From Clostridia bacterium (lineage in GTDB: Bacteria > Bacillota > Clostridia > UMGS1840), in assembly GCA_045541975.1 (NCBI GenBank), contig JAZQKB010000026.1:4593-68592 (forward strand): a DNA stretch of 64,000 bases. Direction: 5' to 3'. Below, one piece after another: positions 39,379 through 49,356 of this stretch (positions are counted from its first letter, which is position 1; every line of letters begins with the position of its first letter). The translations under genes were made by a program, and so were the position numbers. The notes below the pieces were generated by a model. It had not been told where the DNA came from. It saw only the letters and a list, made by a program, of their open reading frames with translations, and did no database searches.

Positions 39379-40038
39379 CTATATACAGTGGCTATAATCA
39401 AAATCACAATATTTCAAAAACTCCTTCGCCATTAATGTAGCACCGACTTGATTTGGATGAATTCTGTCCCAGGCGATATAACCTGAATATCTTATTTTAC
39501 AATAATCCTCATACATTTTTTGGAAATCCACAAAAATGCAGTTATGTTTTTCGGCAAGCCTTTTGCTTATAGCAACATATTCATCCATTCTTTTTCGCAT
39601 CATATCTTCTTTGTTAGGTTCTATGATGTAAGGAGATAATATAAACACACCTTTTACTTTATCCTTTACCCTCGTAATCATTTCCTCAAGATTTGATTCG
39701 TATTCATCGGGCAATACATGTGAACTTACAATTGCAGGAGAATCAAATTGTCTCCAAACGTCATTTATACCAATACAAATCGAAACCCAATCAGGATTTA
39801 ATTCTACAACATCCCTGTCAAATCTTGTCAGCAAATCTCTGCTGGTATTGCCTGAAATACCAGAATTGGTTATTCTTAACAATGTTTCAGGATAGTATGT
39901 AGCAAACATATTTTCAAGCACTCGGACATACCCTCTTCCAACATTGTCAAACAATCCTTCACCTACTGGATTTACACTTTCCATATCAGTTACTGAGTCT
40001 CCGGCAAAAACAATTCTGTCATAATTTTCAAATATCAT
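39379..40038 (-). CDS. SGNH/GDSL hydrolase (esterase/deacetylase-like)
   Basis: FAGDSVTD block I, a GxND-type block (IGINDVW) and a C-terminal DRIHPN block V. Confidence 0.85.
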   Translation of the reverse strand: MIFENYDRIVFAGDSVTDMESVNPVGEGLFDNVGRGYVRVLENMFATYYPETLLRITNSGISGNTSRDLLTRFDRDVVELNPDWVSICIGINDVWRQFDSPAIVSSHVLPDEYESNLEEMITRVKDKVKGVFILSPYIIEPNKEDMMRKRMDEYVAISKRLAEKHNCIFVDFQKMYEDYCKIRYSGYIAWDRIHPNQVGATLMAKEFLKYCDFDYSHCI

Positions 40039-40185
40039 TTTTTCTTTCCTCCGTATAAAATACCAATTTTATTATAGGTAAATACTTTTTTGACTCCATT
40101 TAACAGTCGTTATAGCATCGTCATCATAGACGATTCACTTCGGATGAATCAAAAACCCCTGACCTTCATTTACAATATTACCATT

Positions 40186-40914
40186 TTATATTTCAACCTC
40201 TGCTGTCAGTGCAAAATGGTCTGAAGCAATTTTCTTAATAACCCTTGTTTTTAGAATCTTTATATCCTTTGATAAGAAAATGTAGTCTACTTTATAATAA
40301 GGATTTTCACTGCGGAAGGTTAATTCGTTATTTTTTTCATCAACCTCATTAAATATTTCATAGAATGGCTTTAATAATTCGCTTTGGGGGTGCAGGTTGA
40401 AATCTCCCATAAGAATCATAGGAGTATCAACCTTTTTTATCTCTGGAAGCAATGTTTCAACAGCGTTCTTTTTCTGTCCGTTGGCAATTCCAAAATGAGT
40501 TACAAAAACTGTTATATCTTTTTCACCACATTCTATAACTGCTTTAAGCAAACAGCGTGATTTGTATATCACCGGTTCATCCTTTATGAGTGGTTCGGGA
40601 ATTGGGATTACTTTTAATTCCTTTATTATGTGTTTTGAAAGAATAGAATTTCCGAAATAGCCAATTTCTGGAACATTTACGGCAGGTGCAAAAAAACCTT
40701 TCATTTTAGTAAGTGCACCTATTTTTTCAGTCTGATTCCAATAGTCTTCTTTTAAACCATAACCATAAACTTCGTTCAGTCCAAGAATATCGGGATTAAT
40801 CTCATTTATGATGCTTGTAGGTACATTATAGTCAATTAAATCTGTGCCGTCTTTTAAATATAAACCGTAGTCCATTGCGTGCCTGATGTTAAAAGTCATT
40901 ATTTTGATTTTCAT
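40186..40914 (-). CDS. endonuclease/exonuclease/phosphatase (EEP) family protein
   Basis: MTFNIRH, LGLNEV, GDFN and SDHFAL motifs of the EEP fold. Confidence 0.85.
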   Translation of the reverse strand: MKIKIMTFNIRHAMDYGLYLKDGTDLIDYNVPTSIINEINPDILGLNEVYGYGLKEDYWNQTEKIGALTKMKGFFAPAVNVPEIGYFGNSILSKHIIKELKVIPIPEPLIKDEPVIYKSRCLLKAVIECGEKDITVFVTHFGIANGQKKNAVETLLPEIKKVDTPMILMGDFNLHPQSELLKPFYEIFNEVDEKNNELTFRSENPYYKVDYIFLSKDIKILKTRVIKKIASDHFALTAEVEI

Positions 40915-42400
40915 AATAAATTACCCCTTTACCCTTGTTATATTTCTCTCCCGTTTTATCGTAGATGATTGTGTAGGTCTTTCCTCTGAAATTAAGGTTT
41001 TCAAGCTTAAACCATTCCCAGTTGTCCGGGATTGACGGAGAAACTGAAAGGTCATTGTTTTCATATAGCACGCCCACAATTCCTGAAATTATAAGGTCGC
41101 AGAATGTGGAATGGTTGTAGTCTTTTCCACGTTCATAACCGCCATATTCCTGCTTCCAACCTTGGTTTTTAAGTATTTCACGGCTTGACCATTCATCTTT
41201 TTCAGAATGTCTTACCTCATCAACCCAGGGGATTTCTTTTCCGTCTTCACGCACTCTTTTATGGCTTCGGGCGTATTGCTTTGTGAGTTCAAAGAACAAT
41301 TCCTTGTATTTGGGGTACTTCATACAAACATTGCGAAGTGCAGTCAATGTCTGTGAGGTTGCATAGGGCCACACATATCCGTTCCACAGACATTCGTGGT
41401 CAACTTTGTATAAATAACGGTTGTGGGTTTTTTCTGCTGTTGAAATTCCGAAATCAGTGTAAAAAATATTTTTATCTATAAGGTAACGAAAAACATTTTC
41501 GTTTTTGTTTTCGGGAATGTTAAACATCCAGGGAATATATCCGATTTCTTCTCTCGGTGAGTCTTTTTTAAAAATTTCGGAAAGGGGTTCATTTTCTTCA
41601 AAATGGAAGGCACGAAAAAAACCGTCTTTCCATAATTTTTCATTTACATGCTTTTTTAACTTCTCATATTTTCCTTTATATTTTTCAAAAGTTTCATTAT
41701 CGCCGTAGATTTTTGCAAATTCAGAAATCGCCCATGCATCTGCACACATATATGAATTTAAGGTTGGTCGTATTCCTTTTAAAACACGCAAATCTTCGCT
41801 TGTTCCGCTTATGGAATATTCCATAGCGTCATAGTTGTCATACGACCAGAACATACCATTTTCAAGCAGATGAGTATTTTCCCATTCTTCATAGTATTTG
41901 CATATTTTTTCTATAAAATTTTCACCTAAATCAAAATCACCTGTAACAAGGCAATACTGATATATTGCATAGATAAACCATGTGCTGTATTGATGTGAAC
42001 CCTCGCAATTATCAAGAAAAAAATTTATGTAGTCTGTAAAATATTTTTTTGAGTTTTTCAGCCATCTTCCCTCATAAATGTGATGACCTAAAGGTGCGTT
42101 TATTGTGTTATGCTTTCCGCTCCATGAAACTTTCGGCAAAAATTCAGTGAAAACATAGCCGTCTTCTGTTTTTTTAAGATGTTTTCTGAAAGTCCACCAG
42201 CGGAAATAATATGCCTTTTCAATATCTTTATCGGGACATTCCAAAATGGGAATTTCTTCTTTAAGCCACTCATAAGCATGATTATTATCAATTAAATTTC
42301 TGTATATTTCTTCATCATTATCGTTGAATAAATCAACATACTTTTTTAAAATATCCATAGCTTTATCCTTCAAACAGATTTCTTTTGTCGTAAAATGCAT
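40889..42400 (-). CDS. (alpha/alpha)6-barrel glycoside hydrolase, GH63/MGH1-like
   Basis: 503 aa, aromatic-rich, with a WNGYVWPYATSQTL-type motif and the overall pattern of MGH1/GH63-like enzymes. Confidence 0.55.
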   Translation of the reverse strand: MHFTTKEICLKDKAMDILKKYVDLFNDNDEEIYRNLIDNNHAYEWLKEEIPILECPDKDIEKAYYFRWWTFRKHLKKTEDGYVFTEFLPKVSWSGKHNTINAPLGHHIYEGRWLKNSKKYFTDYINFFLDNCEGSHQYSTWFIYAIYQYCLVTGDFDLGENFIEKICKYYEEWENTHLLENGMFWSYDNYDAMEYSISGTSEDLRVLKGIRPTLNSYMCADAWAISEFAKIYGDNETFEKYKGKYEKLKKHVNEKLWKDGFFRAFHFEENEPLSEIFKKDSPREEIGYIPWMFNIPENKNENVFRYLIDKNIFYTDFGISTAEKTHNRYLYKVDHECLWNGYVWPYATSQTLTALRNVCMKYPKYKELFFELTKQYARSHKRVREDGKEIPWVDEVRHSEKDEWSSREILKNQGWKQEYGGYERGKDYNHSTFCDLIISGIVGVLYENNDLSVSPSIPDNWEWFKLENLNFRGKTYTIIYDKTGEKYNKGKGVIYYENQNNDF

Positions 42401-43247
42401 GGCCTATATATTCATTTATCCCTGTTCTTCCGTTATACCAGAGCATCCATTTTTCATCTTTTTCATTCCATATAACAGTAGGCTTATAGCAAGCATCTGC
42501 ATCCCAACTTCCTTTTTCGGGTGAAATTATGGGGTTAAGAGGTGATTTTGTCCACTGTGTCAGACCGTTTTCAGATTTTGCAACACATATTGAGGCTGTA
42601 TCAATATCTCTATAGCCTATATAAAACATAAGATAGCCCATATCATCAGTTTTTAAAACCTGACAGCCTCCGATACGCTGCTGTTCATATTCGTTATTGA
42701 CATCACATACAAACATGGGATTGATTTTGGATTTTGTCCAGTTTGTTCCGTCTTTACTATGAGCATAGCAAAGAACATTCGGCTCATAGGTTTCACCTGC
42801 TGAATACCACATTTTATATTCGTTATTCTCGTATAGTACACACGGATTCATTACGGAAGCATTTTCCCAGGGAAATTCGGGAATCATAATTGGTTCATCT
42901 GATACACGCTCAAAGTTTATTCCGTCTTTACTTTCCGCATAACCGATGTAACTATGATCTCTTGCCTGACCTGTGTACCACATTTTATATATTCCGTCTG
43001 CTTTTAAAACGCAGTTTCTGTTTACAAGGTCTTCCCAACCGCTTTTGGGATTATTTTCAAGAGTTATTACAGGTTTTTCCCAGTTTATGCCATCATCGCT
43101 GAATGTTACTGCACAAGCCTTTTTTTCTCGCCAGGAAAAATCCATACGGTATTTTCCGTTATCAATCCATACATACGCATCAAATACTGTTCCGGTTGAT
43201 TTGTCTCCGAAAACAGGATTATTTTTTAGTTTTTCAAAATTGTTCAT
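42363..43247 (-). CDS. five-bladed beta-propeller glycosidase/phosphorylase (GH130- or GH43-like)
   Basis: Repeated blade motif x-Y-x-M-W-Y-x-G (GIYKMWYTGQ, NEYKMWYSAG, GYLMFYIGY, EKWMLWYNGR), 294 aa. Confidence 0.6.
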   Translation of the reverse strand: MNNFEKLKNNPVFGDKSTGTVFDAYVWIDNGKYRMDFSWREKKACAVTFSDDGINWEKPVITLENNPKSGWEDLVNRNCVLKADGIYKMWYTGQARDHSYIGYAESKDGINFERVSDEPIMIPEFPWENASVMNPCVLYENNEYKMWYSAGETYEPNVLCYAHSKDGTNWTKSKINPMFVCDVNNEYEQQRIGGCQVLKTDDMGYLMFYIGYRDIDTASICVAKSENGLTQWTKSPLNPIISPEKGSWDADACYKPTVIWNEKDEKWMLWYNGRTGINEYIGHAFYDKRNLFEG

Positions 43248-43542
43248 AAGTTACGATTCCTCCACACTAATTACTGTCTTTTGGAAAATTATAACATTGC
43301 TAAAAATCATTGTCAATCCCGAAAATACCAACAAATTACCCCTTTTTTACTTATTTATAAGTAATAAAGAAAAAATGAGTGTTTTAAGATAAGCAAATCA
43401 TTGTAGGAAAATAGGATGATTTTGTTTGTGTTTTCGGGATTGAAAACACCTTTCACAGATGGTATACTACTATTGTGGTATTATGTCATTTTGTGTTCTA
43501 AAAAATAGCCAAATTTAGAAACACTGACAGCGGGGTGAAAAT

Positions 43543-45696
43543 ATGCAAAAAGGGATTTTTTGGATTGGCTCGGAAACGGGAACCAATAAACATCAGATTT
43601 ACCATTTTAAAAAGACAGTGAATTTTGAAAAAAATGTTGGTATGACAGTTAAAATATCTGCTGATAGCCGATATAAGCTTTATATCAACGGGAAATATGT
43701 TGCTGAGGGACCATGCATTGGTACAGAACAATATTATGATGCAGTTGATATCAGCGAGTTTCTGAGAGCTGGAGAAAATGAATTTGAAGCTGTTGTTTTA
43801 TATCTTGGTGGGAATTCCGGTATGTCCTGCATAAGTCGCAAGAACAAGGTAGCTTTTATGCTTGACGGAACGCTTTCTGACGGAAGAAAATTCGGAACAG
43901 ATCAGTCGTGGCAGGTAGCGTTGGATGAAAATGTTGAATTCTATTCAAGTTATGTTCATCCGAACGGATTTTTTTGTGAAAAGTATATAGGTGATACTCC
44001 TTTAGAATGGAAAAACAGCGTTGAACACACATGGGTTACATATAAAATGAATACTTGGGGAGCTTTCGGAAATTATTTTGTAAAAGAGAGAGAAATTCCC
44101 GTTTTATATCCCGATTCTCCTAAAAAAATGGAAATTACGGACAGCGGAGAAAACTATGTTTTGTATGACCTGAAAAACCACAGCGTTGGTTATCCCGAAT
44201 TTGTGTTTAGCGGAACAGGCAAGGCAGAAATAACATACAGCGAAGCATATATGTTTTATGTCGAGGAAAAAAACTGGTACATCAAACAAAAAAGAGATGA
44301 CAGTTCGGGAGAAATTGTTGGCTCAACCGATATTTTGAATATAAATAGTGAAGCTTACCGATACAGACCATTTCTTACAAAAACTGCAAGGTACATAAAG
44401 GTTAAATTTGACAGCGGTGTGAAAATCAAAGAAGCTAACTTTTTAGAATACAGATATCCGCTTAATATAGTAAATAATTTTGAGTGCTCCGATGAGGTTT
44501 ATAACAAAATATGGGAAAACAGCGTGCGCACTTTAAGAAACTGTATGTTTGATACATATGTTGACTGCCCGTATTATGAAATGGAGCAATATACGGAAGA
44601 TACATATCTTGAAATGATGTACACGCTTATGATAAGCGATGATTACAGAATCATTAAAAAAGCAATTACTGATACATGGCAATCCCAGAATTACGAAGGA
44701 ATGATGCTTGCTAGTGCACCAATGTATTATAAACAGATAACACCGACCTTCAATTTCTTCTGGATAATGATGGTAGAAAAATATCTGCTATATAGCGGAG
44801 ATATTGATTTTGTGAAAAGGCTTTTACCGTCTGCATACAGCATTCTTTCGTGGTTTGAAAGCTACATAAACGAAGACGGAGTAGTAGGTGCAACGGATTA
44901 CGGGCGTTTTATTGATTGGGTAGCAGGCTGGAAGAGTGGATTTTATCCTGATAATGCCGAAAAAAATCCGATGTGTATTGTAAGTTTAATGTATCTTTAC
45001 TCAATCAAGGCAGTTGCACAAATGTTTTTAAAAGCAGGTAAAAAACACATTGCCGAGGAGCTTTCGCATCAGTATGAAGTATTAAAGAAAAATATAAATA
45101 AAGTGTTTTTCTCAAAAGAAGAGTTCATGTATACTGACACAACAAAAGGCAATTTTTGCGAGCATAGTCAGATATGGGCGGTTTTATCAGGTGCGATAGA
45201 GGGCGATGATGCTGTTAAGTGTTTAGAGAATGCCAAAAAGGATTATGTTTTGAAATGTTCCTTTTCCTACCGCTTTTTCAGATTCCGTGCCTACGAAAAA
45301 TGCGGAATTTGTATGGATATGGATGAAGCAATGTCAGGCTGGAAGGAAATGCTGTCGCAAGGAGCGACAACATGGTTTGAAAACCCCGGACACGCAAGAA
45401 GCGACTGTCATGGCTGGAGCAGTGTTCCTATTTATGAATTTACTACAAGAATACTTGGTATACAGCCGATTTCAGACGGATTTTATGATATTCTGATTAA
45501 GCCTGAATTTCTAAAGCTTGATTATGCAAAAGGCAGTATATACACAAAACACGGCAAAGTTGATATTTCGTGGAAAAAAGAAAATGGAAAATATACAATA
45601 AGGGTAATATCGCCAAAGGAAATAACAAAGCACATAGTGCTTCTTGACGGAAAAACGACAAAAACAAACGACAGCAATATTACAGTTGAATATTAA
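43543..45696 (+). CDS. alpha-L-rhamnosidase-like glycoside hydrolase (GH78-related)
   Basis: N-terminal rhamnosidase-N pattern (KISADSRYKLYINGKYVAEGP), a VDCPYYEMEQYTEDTY motif that aligns with the GH78 DCPxRE..GWxGD block, and an (alpha/alpha)6 C-terminal half. Confidence 0.65.
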   Translation: MQKGIFWIGSETGTNKHQIYHFKKTVNFEKNVGMTVKISADSRYKLYINGKYVAEGPCIGTEQYYDAVDISEFLRAGENEFEAVVLYLGGNSGMSCISRKNKVAFMLDGTLSDGRKFGTDQSWQVALDENVEFYSSYVHPNGFFCEKYIGDTPLEWKNSVEHTWVTYKMNTWGAFGNYFVKEREIPVLYPDSPKKMEITDSGENYVLYDLKNHSVGYPEFVFSGTGKAEITYSEAYMFYVEEKNWYIKQKRDDSSGEIVGSTDILNINSEAYRYRPFLTKTARYIKVKFDSGVKIKEANFLEYRYPLNIVNNFECSDEVYNKIWENSVRTLRNCMFDTYVDCPYYEMEQYTEDTYLEMMYTLMISDDYRIIKKAITDTWQSQNYEGMMLASAPMYYKQITPTFNFFWIMMVEKYLLYSGDIDFVKRLLPSAYSILSWFESYINEDGVVGATDYGRFIDWVAGWKSGFYPDNAEKNPMCIVSLMYLYSIKAVAQMFLKAGKKHIAEELSHQYEVLKKNINKVFFSKEEFMYTDTTKGNFCEHSQIWAVLSGAIEGDDAVKCLENAKKDYVLKCSFSYRFFRFRAYEKCGICMDMDEAMSGWKEMLSQGATTWFENPGHARSDCHGWSSVPIYEFTTRILGIQPISDGFYDILIKPEFLKLDYAKGSIYTKHGKVDISWKKENGKYTIRVISPKEITKHIVLLDGKTTKTNDSNITVEY

Positions 45697-45721
45697 AATA
45701 CTTACAGAAAAGGGGATAAAA

Positions 45722-46588
45722 ATGAAATTTGGTACATTATACGCTTATTGGACACATGAATGGAAAGGCGACTATAAGAAATTCGCGAAAAAAGTTTCTG
45801 ACATCGGTTTTGACATTCTGGAAATATCGGCAGGAAATCTGCTTGATATGACTGATAATGAAATTGATGAATTGAAAAGCTTAACGAAAGATTTAGGGAT
45901 AGAAATAACATCAAATATCGGACCTGCGAAAAAATATGATGTTGCTTCAGCTGATAAAAACACAAGGGAAGCAGGAATCAAATTTTTAAGCGACATTATG
46001 AAGAAAATGGACAGACTTGATTCAAGGTCGATAGCTGGTGTTATGTATACATACTGGCCAAACGACTTTTCTGATTTGGATAAAGAAGCTATATGGGCAA
46101 GAGGCGTAGAGAGTGTAAAGCGTCTTGGGAATGTAGCAGAAAATCTTGGTATTGAATTTTGTCTGGAGGTTGTAAACAGATTTGAAACACACATTCTTAA
46201 TACTGCTGAAGAAGGTGTGCAGTACTGTAAGGATGTTGACTGTAAAAGCGTGAAGCTTTTGCTTGATACATTCCATATGAATATAGAAGAAGATAATTTA
46301 TATGATGCGATAATTACAGCAGGTGATTATCTCGGTCATCTTCATGTAGGTGAAGGTAACAGAAAGCTTCCCGGTCAGGGATCCCTTCCATGGAACGAAA
46401 TCGGAAAGGCACTTAACAAAATAGGCTATAAAAAAGGCGTTGTTATGGAGCCGTTTGTAACTATGGGAGGACAGATCGGCTCTGATATAAAGGTGTGGAG
46501 AGATTTATCTTGCGGAGCTAATGAACAGCAAATGGATGAACAGATAAAGAAATCGCTTATCTTCTTAAAAGATGCGTTCAGGGGGTAA
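45722..46588 (+). CDS. ketose 3-epimerase (D-psicose/D-tagatose 3-epimerase family)
   Basis: MKFGTLYAYWTHEWKGDY..GFDILEISA, CLEVVNRFETHILNTAEEGV, LLLDTFHMNIEE, GHLHVGEGNRKLPGQG and VMEPFV..GGQIGSDIKVWRD closely track the Clostridium cellulolyticum D-psicose 3-epimerase sequence as I recall it. Confidence 0.85.
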   Translation: MKFGTLYAYWTHEWKGDYKKFAKKVSDIGFDILEISAGNLLDMTDNEIDELKSLTKDLGIEITSNIGPAKKYDVASADKNTREAGIKFLSDIMKKMDRLDSRSIAGVMYTYWPNDFSDLDKEAIWARGVESVKRLGNVAENLGIEFCLEVVNRFETHILNTAEEGVQYCKDVDCKSVKLLLDTFHMNIEEDNLYDAIITAGDYLGHLHVGEGNRKLPGQGSLPWNEIGKALNKIGYKKGVVMEPFVTMGGQIGSDIKVWRDLSCGANEQQMDEQIKKSLIFLKDAFRG

Positions 46589-46593
46589 AATCC

Positions 46594-47520
46594 ATGATTT
46601 GGACAATGGGAGAACTGATTGTAGAAATTATGCGTGAAAAGGAAGATTTGCCACTTGACAAAGCGGAAAGATTTATCGGACCTTTTCCAAGCGGAGCACC
46701 CGGTATTTTCATTGATACAGTTGCCAAAATGAAACACAAAGCGGGAATTATCAGCGGAGTAGGCAACGATGATTTTGGGAATTGCATTTTAAAAAGGCTT
46801 AAGGAAGATGGCGTTGATTGCAGTAATGTGTTGATAGATGAAACAACTTCAACAGGCTGTGCGTTTGTTACATATTTTTCTGATGGCTCACGAAAATTTA
46901 TCTTTCATATAGGAAACACTCCTGCCGCAAAAGCTGTTATGCCTGACTATGCCAAAATCCCAAATGCAGGTTTTTTCCATATTATGGGCTGTTCTGTAAT
47001 GGCAGAAGAAAAATTCGGCAAAGAGATAGTGAAAACAATGCACGCCTTTAAGGAAAAAGGTGCAAAAATATCCTTTGACCCTAATATAAGGCCTGAACTT
47101 TTGGGGAATGCAGAGCTTATTAAAGAGATTTTAGCAGAAACCTCTGTTTTTCTTCCCGGCGTATCGGAGCTTTTGTCAGTAACGGGAAAAAACACAATAG
47201 AAGAAGCGGTAGAGGAATGCTTTGAAAATGAAAATCTTGAAATTATTGCACTAAAAAACGGTTCCTCCGGCTGCAAAATTTTCACAAGAAATGAAAGCTG
47301 TGAAATAGGTGTATATAAAATTGATGCTAAGGATGCCACTGGTGCAGGAGACTGCTTTGATGCTGCATTTATATGCGGATTGTGTGATGGGAAATCTATA
47401 TCAGACTGTGCTAAACAGGCATCAGCTGCCGCAGCTATCAATACAGCAGCATTCGGTCCTATGGAGGGTAAAATAACACCTGAATGTGTAAATGAAATGA
47501 TAATGAAAGGTGAGATGTAA
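46594..47520 (+). CDS. PfkB-family sugar kinase
   Basis: GGAPGIF-type N-terminal motif and a C-terminal DATGAGDCFDAAF (PfkB signature 2). Confidence 0.85.
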   Translation: MIWTMGELIVEIMREKEDLPLDKAERFIGPFPSGAPGIFIDTVAKMKHKAGIISGVGNDDFGNCILKRLKEDGVDCSNVLIDETTSTGCAFVTYFSDGSRKFIFHIGNTPAAKAVMPDYAKIPNAGFFHIMGCSVMAEEKFGKEIVKTMHAFKEKGAKISFDPNIRPELLGNAELIKEILAETSVFLPGVSELLSVTGKNTIEEAVEECFENENLEIIALKNGSSGCKIFTRNESCEIGVYKIDAKDATGAGDCFDAAFICGLCDGKSISDCAKQASAAAAINTAAFGPMEGKITPECVNEMIMKGEM

Positions 47521-47523
47521 GAA

Positions 47524-48366
47524 ATGTATCTTTCAAGTAAGGAAATAATAGTAAAGGCTTATAAAGAAAAATATGCAGTTCCTGCATTTAATGCCGAAAA
47601 CCTTGAAATGGTACAGGCGATTATAGAGGCTGCAGAAGAAGAGCATTCACCTGTTATAATTCAGACAACACCCCCTACTGTAAAGTATCTGACTGCTGAT
47701 GAAGCGTATGCTATGGTTTATACAATGGCAAAAAAATCAACTGTTCCTGTTGCACTTCATTTAGACCATTGTGCCGACTTTAACGGTGTAATGGCGGTTA
47801 TAAAAGCAGGTTATTCATCAGTAATGTTTGACGGGTCAAAGCTTCCATTTGAGGAAAATATAGCGATTACACGCAAGGTTGTTGAGGTTGCTCGCCCTAT
47901 GGGAATAACAGTGGAAGCAGAGCTTGGAACAGTCGGTGGTAAAGAAGACAATGTGATTGCAAAAGAGGTTATATACACTGATCCGTCTGAGGCAAAGGAA
48001 TTTGTTGAAAAAACAGGCGTTGATATGCTTGCAGTTGCAATCGGAACAGCTCACGGATTTTATAAAGGTGAACCGAAACTTGATTTTGACAGAATAGAAA
48101 AGATTAGTAAATTAACAGATATTCCGCTCGTTCTTCACGGCGGTTCGGGAGTTCCCGAGGAAAGTGTGAAAAAGGCTATTTCGCTGGGTATGGCAAAGGT
48201 TAATTTTGCAACAGAGCTTCGTGCAGCTGCAACAAAAGGTGTGCGTAAGATTCTTCAGGACGAAAGCGTTATAGACCCGAAAAAATATATGGCAGAAGCA
48301 AGGCAGGAGGTTATTAAGCTTTGCAAAGAAAAAATAAAGATGTGCGGTTCTTGTAATAAGGCATAG
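47524..48366 (+). CDS. class II ketose-bisphosphate aldolase (fructose/tagatose-bisphosphate aldolase family)
   Basis: YAVPAFN, LHLDH, VEAELG, IGTAHG and LVLHGGSG motifs. Confidence 0.85.
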   Translation: MYLSSKEIIVKAYKEKYAVPAFNAENLEMVQAIIEAAEEEHSPVIIQTTPPTVKYLTADEAYAMVYTMAKKSTVPVALHLDHCADFNGVMAVIKAGYSSVMFDGSKLPFEENIAITRKVVEVARPMGITVEAELGTVGGKEDNVIAKEVIYTDPSEAKEFVEKTGVDMLAVAIGTAHGFYKGEPKLDFDRIEKISKLTDIPLVLHGGSGVPEESVKKAISLGMAKVNFATELRAAATKGVRKILQDESVIDPKKYMAEARQEVIKLCKEKIKMCGSCNKA

Positions 48367-48378
48367 GAGGCAAAGAAA

Positions 48379-49356
48379 ATGAACAGAAAATATTCAGTTT
48401 TTATTGATCATGTTGGGACTTTTTGCGATAGATATTGCAATGCGTACTCAGAAAAACCTTTTACAATATCAGAAAAATTTGACCGAGTTGCAAGTATCCC
48501 TCTTTTATCTGCGGTTGATCTTAATATGACAGCAGATTATAATATGGCAAAGGATGAAATTAAAGCAAGCTTAAAAAGAACAGGTCTTAAAGTTAATTCA
48601 GTTATGATGGATTCCACAGCAGACAGAATTTTTAAGCAGGGAACTTTTTCAAGTCTGGATAAGGATATCAGAAAAAGAGCTGTAGATGATGCAAAAAAAG
48701 CAATGGATTTTGCAGAGGAATTAGGATGTCCTACATTTGCGATATGGCCTGGACAGGATGGATACGATTATATGTTTCAGGCGGACTACATAAAAGAGAG
48801 AATGCTTTTTGCAGAATGCTTAAAAGAAATATCCGAATATAAACCGAATATGAATATTGCTTTGGAGTATAAACCCAAAGAGCCTCGTATTCACAGCTAT
48901 GTGAATACGATGGAAGGAACTCTGCTTATGATTGAAAAAGCAAAACTTTCCAACGTGGGAATAGCAATGGATTACGGTCATTCATACTTCGGTGGCGAAA
49001 ATCCTGCGGAAGCAGTTGCGATTTTAAATATGTACGGCGGAAAGCTGTTTGCCATACATATGAATGACAATAACGGCTCATGGGACGACGATATGATTGC
49101 AGGAAGCGTGAATACACTTCCGTACCTTGAGTTTATTTATTGGCTTAGAAAAACAGGCTATAATGGATATATCACCTTTGACCAGTTCCCATACAGAGAG
49201 GAATCAAAAGAAGCAGTAAATGAAAGTGCATTGTGGTTTGATTATCTTGAAAGTCTTATTGATAGGGCAGATATGGATGAGATTGCCTCTGTTCTTGCGT
49301 TAAAAGATGGTAACGCTTCAAGCAGACTTATGAGAAAATTGATTCAGGGTTCATGA
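48379..49356 (+). CDS. xylose isomerase-like TIM-barrel sugar isomerase/epimerase
   Basis: 325 aa with IWPGQDG, LEYKPKEPR, DYGH and HMNDN motifs, reminiscent of the xylose/rhamnose isomerase-like superfamily. Confidence 0.65.
   Translation: MNRKYSVFIDHVGTFCDRYCNAYSEKPFTISEKFDRVASIPLLSAVDLNMTADYNMAKDEIKASLKRTGLKVNSVMMDSTADRIFKQGTFSSLDKDIRKRAVDDAKKAMDFAEELGCPTFAIWPGQDGYDYMFQADYIKERMLFAECLKEISEYKPNMNIALEYKPKEPRIHSYVNTMEGTLLMIEKAKLSNVGIAMDYGHSYFGGENPAEAVAILNMYGGKLFAIHMNDNNGSWDDDMIAGSVNTLPYLEFIYWLRKTGYNGYITFDQFPYREESKEAVNESALWFDYLESLIDRADMDEIASVLALKDGNASSRLMRKLIQGS

Noticed and set aside
45772-47441. Antisense ORFs 45772-46194, 46022-46276, 46426-46737 and 46947-47441
   Set aside because: They are all embedded in the epimerase and kinase genes, which have strong motif support. 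No independent signals were seen.
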